This document shows, in pieces, positions 54,000 through 64,000 of a stretch of DNA of 64,000 bases. Under the pieces are notes generated by a model, which was not told the origin of the DNA, made no database searches, and saw only the letters and a program-made list of their open reading frames with translations. Position 1 is the first letter of the stretch, and every line of letters starts with the position of its first letter. Origin of the DNA: the human T2T-CHM13v2.0 reference genome, Homo sapiens; NCBI RefSeq assembly GCF_009914755.1, contig NC_060931.1. The stretch is one strand, 5' to 3'. The position numbers were made by a program, and so were the translations under genes.

Positions 54000-54735
54000 G
54001 AAGTTCATCTTGTAACACTACACTCCCATAAAATTGGCAAAACCCAAAAGTCTGACAATAGCAAATGTAGGTGATGATGTGAAGCAATGACAACCTTCAT
54101 ACAGTCCATGTGGTAGTAAAAATCAGGGCAATTGCTTTGACATTACCTAGTTACATTAAATTTGTGTATAACCCATGGTCCAGCAATACCACTCCTAAGT
54201 ATGTAGTCTCTTGCATGGGTGCCACAGGAAATATGTATAAGAATGTCTATAGCAACATTATTTCCAAAATGTGGACACTATTTACATTCCTATCAAGATC
54301 AGAAGGGATAAATAAGTTGTGGGACAGCATATAATGGAATATCACACAGCTATGAAAATAAAGGAACCTCAGCTACATGCAACTACATGATATCAAGTGA
54401 TAGAAGCCAGACACACAAAAATATATACAGTGTTATTTAATTTATATAAAATTCAAAATTAAGCATAACTACATTCTAGTGTTTAGAAATACATAAGTAG
54501 GTGATTACAGTATAAGAAAAGGTAAGGGGTGATAACCATAAAAGGCAAGAGGTAACCTTTGAGGGAAAAAGGGGGATTGGGAAGAGAAGGAACACCTGGA
54601 AGCTTCTGGGGTGTTGATAATTGGTTTCTTGATCTGGTTCATAATCACACAGATGACACTTATTAAATACATCTTTAGATTTTTATCACTTTTTCTACAT
54701 ATGTGTTATATTTCACAATTCTTTAAACAGTTAAA
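54000..54735 (+). mobile_element. L1ME-type 3' end
   Basis: aaattggcaaaacccaaaagtctgacaata...cagcaataccactcctaagtat...agaagccagacac. Confidence 0.8.
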
Positions 54736-55789
54736 GAAGTAAAGCATTTTGGATATTTTTTCTTAGGGCGCTGAGGGCATGTGTCTCTGGACCACAATTT
54801 CTCTTTATGTGTGGTTGAGCTTCCCCTGAGACCCAGAATTCCCGGTAATTCAGGCTTACTGCACGTACCACTCTATGTTAGGAAATAAACGACTCATAGT
54901 CGTGAAATGCTTCACATTTCTCATGAAGCTGAGGTAGCCCAGCATTCTCTACTTTAGAAATCTGGATGTATTTTTTCCTCATGGGTCTGTAATTGAGTCC
55001 GTAATTGACATTTGTACACTTTTAAGATAAATCTAGCCTGTCTTCAAGTATATTTTAGATCTAGTGAAATACAGAGTACTATAGATTAGATATTCTGAAT
55101 ATCATCTGTTTGTTATTTAGTAATGTGATATGCCTTGTGTACCCACTTTTGTATTTACCATTATTGCAAAATCAATCAAATGTGAGCAAAAGCAAAGGCA
55201 ATTTGAATGACTCAAAATTGAAATTTGAGCTGCCAAATCAAGCAGTAAAACAATTTTTACCAGCTCTATTGATTGTTAGAAAGATAAGTTATAAACTTTA
55301 TTTCAAGTAAATTTCTAAAAGATCTGGGAATGTGATTATTCCAAGGCAGATGGCGAAGACCTTTATTTCCACTGATTATTCACAGATGCAAATTATTATG
55401 CAACTGGAAGCATACTAAGATATTGCAAAGATGTTCTGACATTAGTCATCTGCTGCCTTTGTTACTTTGGTGTCAATTTTCTTATTCTTTCCAAAGGAAG
55501 ATCCTTACAGTTTGTATTCTTTCACAGCTGGGAAATGATCAGTTGAGAATTATTCAAACACACCAATCTGTTAACCGTACTTCTTCCCAGATAATGCAAT
55601 ATTTTGCAGGGTGACAGGCAAAAAGTGGTCATTTTTTACTTCATATATTTTAGGGTTATTTGGTTTTGATTAAATGAGTATTTTATTACTGAATTATTTA
55701 AATTTTATATAAAATACTTAATATTAAAATTCATATTTACTTCATATTTAAATTTTATATTAAAAAAACAAAATAAAAATAAAATTCAA

Positions 55790-55915
55790 GTCAGGTGCAG
55801 TGGTGCATGCCTGTAGTCCCAGGTACTTGGGAGACTGAGGTGGGAGGATCCCTTAAGCCCAGGATTCAAGTCCAGTCTGGGCAACATAGCAAGACTCTGT
55901 CTCTTTAAAAAAAAT
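55790..55915 (+). mobile_element. FLAM (FLAM_A-like) Alu monomer
   Basis: gtggtgcatgcctgtagtcccagg...cagtctgggcaacatagcaagactctgtctc plus A tail; flanks aaattca on both sides. Confidence 0.85.
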
Positions 55916-55939
55916 TAAATTCATCAGTATAGTGTGCTG

Positions 55940-56235
55940 TCCCCACCTCATTCCCTTCTTTGCATAGCTGGCTCCATTTTACTCTTCACACATGAGATTA
56001 ACAGTCATTTCTCTTTCTCTGAAGTAGGTTCTTCTTGTTATTCTCTCATGGTACCTTATTCTTCTACATTGTAGCATTTATCACACTTTATAATTACATG
56101 TTTATTTGTTTATTTTATTGTCTGCCTCATTAGATTCAATTCTCCGTCAGGGTAGGTGCAGTGTCTTTTTTATTCACCAATCTATAGCCCATGTCTAGCA
56201 TACTACTAGGCATGTAGTAGTCACTCAAATATTTG
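55940..56235 (+). mobile_element. L2 3' end followed by a GA-rich tract (56236-56313)
   Basis: tttattcaccaatctatagcccatgtctagcatactactaggcatgtagtagtcactcaaatattt. Confidence 0.7.
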
Positions 56236-57329
56236 GAAAAAGAAAGAAGAAAGAAAGAAAGAGAGAAAGAGAGAGAGAGAAGAGAAGAGAAAAAAGAAAA
56301 GAAAAGAAAAAAAATTACCAGATTGAAGCTATCAGATGAAAACTATGATGTTGTAATTCCAGGTACAAACCCATCCTTGCATTGTTTTTGCAAGACACTT
56401 GCTGGTAAATACTAAATGGCGCTCAACACTGAAAGTTCAGCATGATGGAATCCATCTGGCTGTCGAACAAACCCACTGAGTTAAAGCAGGTTTCACCTTA
56501 GGTCAGAGATGCTTTTCTCATCTCCTAACTCCATCATCTCATATACTAACACTCACCCCCTCCTCCCTCCTCCTAAAGGCAATGTAATAAGATAAATAGG
56601 CATTTTACAGACACGTAATCTCATGATAACAGATCCCTGTTATTTACACCAGCAAAGCCATTTCCACTGTGTTGGGACTTGCCCGAGCCCACCAGGGTCG
56701 GGTGGGGTTCTGCCAGTCCGTGATCTGTAAAGGTGTAGGGTTCATAGTACTCTAAGAACAGCTGTCCATGTTTGCTGGGGATCAGATTACAGGATCTCAT
56801 TAACTCACTCTTCTTGCCTGCTTCAAACCTTTCGTAAGGACCAAGACCTATTATTTCAACTTGCCTCATATCAAGAGGGTTAAAGACTGAGGGTTTTGTT
56901 TTACTTGTTTCTGTTAAGTATCATTTGAGTGTATGCTAAGGAAAAGCAATAACAATACCATTTATTGTAAATGTCACTATAAAATATAAAATTGTTTTAT
57001 GTCTGTGAGCAACTAGTTCTTGTTTGAAACTTCCTAGTTATTTAGTGAAGAATGATACAGTTTAAATTTTGGTTAATTTGCAATAGGCCATTAAATATGG
57101 AGAAATTAATACAACTCCTAGGAAGTTTTGTTATTTTATGTTGCTTTATTTTTTAAGTTTGATTTGGTAACTCAAGTCAAATTAAAAAAAAAAACTTAAA
57201 AAGGAAAGTGGCTTGGCTGTTAAAGACATGAATGTTTACTTGGGGTTCACTCAGCACAGTGGGCTTAGGTCACAGAGTGGGTTAGCATTTCCATTTTTCA
57301 AAGAATGAATTTCAAGACCCTTCTCTAAG

Positions 57330-58690
57330 GGTCTGCTGTGGACAAGTGAAGGGTTATTGGAGAATATTCCAAGAATGACAGTGGGAAAACATGTGTCAAG
57401 GTCTTGTGAAGATAAAACATGGAAGGTTCTAGAAATTAGAAGAATGCAATGTGAGGAAGAATAAAGTACAGAGGGAAGAGTAAATGTGGAAGAGGGACAA
57501 AATAAGTAGAAGCCTGATTATGCATTGCTTTGCAGAATGTGTTAAGGATACTGCTCTTTAACCCAAAAGTAAAGGAAGAGCCTTGGAATGGCTTTAACTA
57601 TGCATGCAAGTGGAAAGTCAGGAATGTGGTCAGATTTGTTTTTTGAAAAGACAGATAGATTGGATGTGGAGACTTGTAAAGGTGAGGTTGGATCAATGCT
57701 ATTGCAGTGATCCCTGGTGAGAAATCATGGTATTTTGGATTAGAATGTTGGCTGTGTAGATAAAAGAGAATAAAATGGAAAGAATTTAGACATATTTAAG
57801 ACATAAAAAATCTATACTAATTATTAATGAATTGGGCATGTAGTGCAAGGGAGGAGGAAAGGTCAAGAATGACTTTCATATATCTCTTCAGCAACTGAGT
57901 ATATGGTAATAGCATTTACTGAGAGTGACCGCACTGGAGAAAACTACACATGAAAGAAAAGATTATGAATTCAGGCTTACACATATTTAGTTTGAGGTCC
58001 TTATAGCCAAGGCAAGGTGTTGCAGAATATGTAGGTTTAGAGTTGAGAGGGGATGTCTATCATCAACATTGATAATTCAGGTTATGGCCATGGATGAGAT
58101 GGCCTGGCAAGAGAGTACAAAGTGAGAAGAGGGGGCCTGGAACGTAGCACTAACAAACTCTGACATTTAGTGATGGGAGGAGGAGAACTGACAGAGACTG
58201 AATAAGAGCAGCTAGAGAGGTAGAAGGAAAACATGAAGAATGGGAAATGAAAGGGAGAGGGAAACCAAGAGAAAAGAGTCTTTCAAGATGGAGGGAGTGA
58301 TCAATGGAGAAGGGGCAGGGGTGAACACTCCGAACATCAAATAGACAAGAACTGGAAATTCTTTGCTGGATTTAGAAACATCATGGTCACATGTAACTCT
58401 AGAAAGAGCCATTTTGTTAGAGTGAAGGAATGAAGTCCAAAGTGAAATGGGTCTTTAGAGGAGTTAGTGAAATGTGAGGAAATGGAGAAAGTGAATAGAG
58501 AGTTTGATAAATTTTATTGTGAAGAGAAAAGAGAGGCTAATGGATGAAAGGGAAAAAACATTAAATGGTGCTTCTTTCTTTATTAAACAAGAGAGACTAA
58601 AGGATATTTAAATATTGATGAGAATGATGCAGCTGAGAGGGACAGATTGAATAAAGAGGAAAGAAAAGGGTTCAATGGCTAGATTGGTGA
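57330..58690 (-). mobile_element. L2 LINE fragment
   Basis: Purine-rich antisense L2 pattern (gctattgcagtgatccctggtgagaaatcatggta, gtcaagaatgactttc, ggccatggatgagatggcc). Confidence 0.75.
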
Positions 58691-59650
58691 AAGAGTCTGC
58701 TGCTGGTATCATCCTGTGTTAATTGCAGGCTCAGACACCCCACATCACACCCCACAACACACACATGCACTCTTCTTCCTGGCTATCATAAGACATCATG
58801 GAAAAGCGTCCCTCTGCTGCCAAGAATTGCCCCCAAGTTAGGCCTTCTGAACCAGAAGCGCCCACTTTGGCCAAGCCTCTTTCTGATCCTTCAAACTTTA
58901 GTGGTCTCTTGCTCCCTGAAAGCAGTCCATTCCAGCCCTCCAAATTTGCTTCACATTTGCCCCAAGACCACAGCCACAACAAATGCCTAGCCATGGACCT
59001 TGGGTGCCTTACTCTAGATAAAATCCACAGGCTCTTCACTTGAACAGGATGGGAAGTGACAGAAATACATACTCACAAAAGACCAGTACTATTCAATAGC
59101 CAGAAATATTTTTGTCATAGGAAGGGCAGATGACCAATCTCTTACTCCATCTTAAAGAACTCCCAACTTCAAGGACAACCTGCAATTGTAAGCCAGACGT
59201 CTAATCTTGATATTTCATCCCACATCAGGGCCCTCCCTGTATTTGCTTCATGAGTTTTTCAATTAAGATTCTCTCTGGCTAGTTTTCCTTTAAATTCAAT
59301 ATGGCTGTCACCTCCTACAAAAATTGAGGTCCATCTGTTTTATGTTTCTTTCTGGGCCTTTTAACCTAACTTACTTCTTTGGAGAAAAATTTGAAAGCTG
59401 AAAGTAGTAGACAAAGATTTGTTTGCAGGAAACAAGCGGTCAGCACAGATGTATGGTATAATTTCTACCAAAAGTTTAATATTACTTTAATGTGTATTCA
59501 GGGGAAAAGCTATAAATATAATGTTCACTCTAAATGGGGTCATAAAACAATAGAGTATTTTCATAGTTTTTTAATGCAGACATTGGTTTGAGGTAGTTTT
59601 ACACTCTATGATTTCTGATTCTCATGTGATTACTATTGGGGTTTCATAAT

Positions 59651-59856
59651 AAAAGGAAGAAAGGAAGGAAGACAGGGTGGGCAGCTGGGAGAGAGGGAGA
59701 AAAAAAGAAGAAAAGAGAAAGAAAGAAAGAAGCAAAGTAAGAGAAAGAAGAAAGGAAGAAAGAGAGAAAAAGAAAAAGGAAAAGAAGGAAGAAAGGAAGA
59801 GAGAAAAAGAAAGAAAAAGGGAAGGAAGGGAGGGAGGGAAGGAGGGAGGGAGGGAG
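59651..59856. repeat. GA-rich low-complexity tract
   Basis: Read directly. Confidence 0.95.
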
Positions 59857-62156
59857 GGACATGGTTTGGCTGAGTCCCCACCCAAAATTTCATCTTGAGT
59901 TGTAATCCCCATAATCCGCACATGTCAAGGGCAGGACTAGGTGGAGGTAATTGGCTCATGGGGAAGGATTCCCCCATGCTGTCCTCGTGATAGTGAGTCT
60001 CACAAGATCTGATGATTTTATAAGTGTCTGGCATTTTCCCTGCTTGCACTCACTCCATCCTGCCACCCTGTGAAGAAGGTGCCTACTTCTCCTTTGCCTT
60101 CTGCCATGATTGTAAGTTTCCTGAGGCCTCCCCAGCAATGCAGAACTGTGGTCAATTAAACCTCTATCCTTTATAAATTACCCAGTCTCAGGCATTTCTT
60201 CATAGCAGTGTGAGAATGGACTAATACAGTAAGTTGGTACCAGGAGTGAGGTGCTGCGCTAAGGATACCCAAAAATGTGGAAATGACTTTGGAACTGGGT
60301 AACAGGCAGAAGTTGAAACAGTTTGGAGAGCTCAGAAGAAGACAGGAAAATGTGGAAAAGTTTGGAATGTCCTAGAGACTTGTTGAATGGCTTTGACCAA
60401 AATGCTGAGAGTGATATGGACAATGAAGTCTAGACTGAGGTGGTCTCAGATAGAGATGAGAAAACTGTTGGGAACTGGAGCAAAGATGACTCTTGCTATG
60501 TTTTAGCAAAGACACTAGTGGCATTTTGCCCCTGCTGTAGAGATCTGTGGAACTTTGAACTTGAGAGAGTTTATTTAGGGCATCTGATAAAAGAAATTTC
60601 TAAGCAGCAAAGCATTAAGAGGAAGCAGAGCATAAAAGTTTGGAAAATTTGCAGCCTGACAGTGTGACAGAAAAGAGAAACCTATTTTCTTGGGGAGAAA
60701 TTCAAGCCTGTGCAGAAATTTGCATAAGTAACAAGGAAAAGAATGTTAATCACCAAGGCAATGGGAAAAATATCTCCGGGCCATGTCAGAGACCTTCATG
60801 GCAGCCCCTCCCATCACAGGCCTAGAGGTTTGGGAGGGAAAAATGATTTAGTGGGCCAGGTCCAGGGCCCCTCCACTGTGTGCAGCCTCAGGACATGGTG
60901 CCCTGTGTCCCAGCTACTTCAGCTTTAGCTGTGGCTAAAAGGGGCCATGGTACAGCTCAAGCCATTGCTTCAGAGGGTGTAAGCCCCAAGCTTTTGTGAC
61001 TTCCACATGGTATTCAGCCTGTGGGTTCACAGAAGTCAAGAATTGAGGTTTGGGAACCTCTGCCTAGATTTCAGAGGATGTATGGAAATGCCTGGATGTC
61101 CAGGCAGGAGTTTGCTGCAGGGGCATAGCCCTCATGGAGAACCTCTGCTAGGGCAGTGCAGTAAGGAAACATGGGGTTGGAGCCCCCACACAGAGTCCCC
61201 TCTGGGGCACTACCTAGTGGAGCTGTGAGAAGAGGGTCACCATCCTCTGGACCCCAGAATGGTAGATCCACCGATAGCTTGCACCATGTGCATGGAAAAC
61301 CTGCAGACACTCAATGCCAGCCCATGAAAGCAGCTAGGAGGGGAGGTGCACCCTGCAAAGCCACAGGAGAGGAGCTTCCCAAGGCCATGGGAGTCTACCT
61401 CTTGCATCAGCGTGCCCTGGATGTGAGACATGGAGTCAAAGGAGATCATTTTGGAACTTTAAGGTTTAATGACTTCCCTCATGGATTTTGGACTTGCATG
61501 GGGCCTGTAGCCCCCTTTTTGGCCAATTTCTCCCATTTGGAATGGACGTATTTACCCAATACCTTTACCCACATTGTATCTAGGAAGTAACTAACTTGCT
61601 TTCGATTTTACAGGCTCATAGTCAGAAGGGACTTGCCTTGTCTCAGGTAGGACTTTGGACTTGGACTTTTGGGTTAATGGTGGAATGAGCTAAGACTTTG
61701 AGGGACTGTTGGAAAGGCATGATTGTGTTTTGAAATGTGAGAACATGAGATTTGGGAGGGGCAGGGGTGGAATGATATGGTCTGGCTGCATCCCTACCCA
61801 GAATCTCATCTTGAATTGGAATCCCCATAATCCCCATAATCCCCACATGTCAAGGGCAGGACTAGGTGAAGGCAATTGGATCATGGGGGCAGGTTCTTCC
61901 ATGCTATCCTCTTGATAGTGAGTGAGTCTTACAAGATCTGATGGTTTTATAAGCAGCTGGCATTTCATCCACTTGCACTGACTCCATCCTGCCACCTTGT
62001 GAAGAAGGTGCCTGCTTCTCCTTTGCCTTCTGCCATGATTGAAAGTTTCCTGAGGCCTCCCCAGCAATGCAGAACTGTGAGTTGATTACCTCTTTCCTTT
62101 ATAAATTACCCAGTCTTGGGCACTTCTTTACAGCAGCATGAGAATGGACTAATGCA
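59857..62156 (+). mobile_element. Complete THE1 (THE1D/C-like) MaLR provirus: 5' LTR 59857-60228, internal 60229-61772, 3' LTR 61773-62156
   Basis: Two direct LTRs (tgatatgg...ggactaataca), THE1-int start gtaagttggtacc, polypurine tract gggaggggcaggggtggaa before the 3' LTR. Confidence 0.95.
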
Positions 62157-62253
62157 GGAACGAAGGAAGGAGGGAAGGAAGGAAGGAAAGAAGGAAGGAG
62201 AAAAAAGAAAGAAAGAAGAGAGAAAGAAAGAAAGAAGAAAGGAAGGAAAGAAA

Positions 62254-62298
<45 letters not shown>

Positions 62299-62679
62299 AA
62301 AGAAAGAAAGAGAGAGAGAAATCCTGTTCTATGATTTCTGATTCTTATGTGATTGCTATTGGGGTTTCATAATGGAAGAATAGAAGGAAAGAAGGAAGGA
62401 AGGAGAGAGGAAGAAAGGAAAGAAAGAGAAAAAAAGAAAGAAAGGAAGGAAAGAAAGAAAGAAGGGAAGGAAGGAAGGAGAGAGGAAGAAAGAAAAGAAA
62501 GAAGAAAGAAAGAAAAGAAAGAAAGGAGAGAGGAAGAAAGGAAAGAAAGAGAAAAAAGAAAAAAGAAAGAAATGAAGGAAGGAAGGAGAGAGGAAGAAAG
62601 GAAAGAAAGAGAAAAAAGAAAGAAAAGAGAAAGAAGAAAGAAAGAGAGAAAAAGAAAGAAAGAAAGGAAGGAAGGAAGA
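62157..62679. repeat. Two polypurine tracts: (GAAA)n STR and a GA-rich minisatellite-like array
   Basis: 62157-62320 and about 62374-62679; recurring unit ggagagaggaagaaaggaaagaaagagaaaaaagaaa. Confidence 0.95.
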
Positions 62680-62789
62680 TCTTGTTTTAGTTTTTTTCCC
62701 TAAGTTAACAAGCACATGGGTATTTGGTTCAAAAGTCCAGAATCTCGTGATATTTCCTTTGGTTCCGTCTCTGCCCATCTCATGATAAG

Positions 62790-63010
62790 AGGTAGCACAA
62801 TATAGTGATAAGATCCTGGGCTTTAAAGACAGATAGATATGAGCTCAAATACCAGTTCCATTGTTGGCCATCTATGAGATCCTGGGAAATTTTCAAACTC
62901 TTTGAGCCTCTGTTTATTCATCCATAAAATGCTTAATAATGTAGACCTTGCTGGGTCATTGTAAGGATTATATAGAATTATATTTGCAAAGTTAATTATG
63001 AGTTAATAAT
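62790..63010 (+). mobile_element. MIR
   Basis: atagtgataagatcctgggctttaaagacaga...tgagcctctgtttattcatccataaaatg...gtaaggatta. Confidence 0.8.
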
Positions 63011-64000
63011 TGAAGCCATTGATGCAAAATGGACTGAGATCCAACACACATATGCTGGTCTATCTCCTTCATGAGAGAAAAATCTAACTGGAATTAGAGC
63101 CATCTGTTGGAGTTGGAGCCTTTCATACTAAATGGACTCATTCATACTCAAGTTGTGACTCTCATAATGAAGGGGAACAAGTGCTTCATAACCTGATAAT
63201 GTCAGTGTTATTATTTCCCATGAAATATGCTTTCTCCATATGAGACTAGACTATGAGGTCTTCAGGGTGGGTCAGGAGGGGGTGTGTGTGATGAGCGTGT
63301 AATGAATGCTTGCTTTGATGAATACACTTGCTTCTTTAAGGGCCAGAGGAAATTGGCCACAAGGCTTGCTGATGGGGCAATGAATCAAGGCATTTTCTAT
63401 CTCTTCAACTCATAAATCCAGAGCATGCTTTTCCCCTTTGGGGTCTGCAAAGCCTGAGAAGCTTGAGTTCATGACATCAGAAATAACACAGGGTAGAAAA
63501 CCCCAGTGAGGAGCAGAGTCCTGAATGGTGAGTTTGGGTACTGGATTGGGAAGTCGGGGAGAGGGTCTAGAAGAAGGATCTATTAGATGACAAGAGAGGA
63601 CATTGAGGAGAGTAAAAGAGATTTGGTAAAAAGGAATAATTCTTCCTTCTGAAGGTCTAAGTCTGTAAACTGCCTCCATGCCTTTCCATGGTGGAGGGAG
63701 AGAGAAAATCTCATGTTCCCAGGTCATGTTGCTCAGTGAGGCCCTCCTTTTCTAAAAGGAATATGTGCACCTTCTTTGAATTCTGGTATTTATGTTTGCT
63801 CAGGGGAAGACTTGCAAGGCAAGAGTGCTTGGGAAAGAAAAGCCTATGACTTCTCACCCTGTAGGGAGTTCTCTGGCCATCCTACTGAACACTCATCCTC
63901 ACACATTCTTGGTCACCACAGGAGGACCATGAGCCAGCTGTGGCTGAGAGTACTCCACCAAGCAAGATGAAATTCGCAGATTTCTTTCCACAACTCCTTG

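Noticed and set aside
56757-56782. REST/RE1-like gctgtccatgtttgctg
   Set aside because: Half-site spacing is off by one and the second half is degenerate.
61171-61590. 139-aa ORF in THE1 internal region
   Set aside because: Remnant of MaLR internal sequence; no evidence of selection visible.

Overview
This is primate (most likely human) nuclear DNA: AT-rich, CpG-depleted, non-coding (intronic or intergenic) and dominated by transposon fossils. I recognise no cellular protein-coding exon, RNA gene or CRISPR array; nearly all ORF-track entries are LINE-1/ERV/Alu fragments, low-complexity artefacts or chance ORFs. Main contents: a full-length but dead L1PA3-like LINE-1 (9323-15360, minus) with target-site duplication (TSD); a truncated L1PB; older L1M fossils; a degraded LTR16/ERV-L provirus split by a Ricksha (Mutator-like) DNA transposon; a complete THE1 MaLR provirus inside a purine tract; about ten Alu elements including fossil monomers; and many MIR/L2/L3 fragments. 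I cannot support a novel biological system here. The most notable observations are: (i) several precise templated-insertion or template-switch scars (a 73-bp perfect copy inside Ricksha, a perfect 22-bp hairpin in an old L1, a 21-bp-duplication-flanked inverted insert in a tail-less L1 fragment, and a 46-bp duplication straddling THE1); (ii) an L1 5'UTR with the ZNF93-escape deletion and an antisense splice donor mutated toward consensus; (iii) repeat-free islands with PBX/HOX/MEIS/OCT or NRF2 motif clusters and a few candidate minus-strand exons. Subfamily names come from recalled consensus sequences and need RepeatMasker/Dfam confirmation; boundaries of old repeats are approximate.
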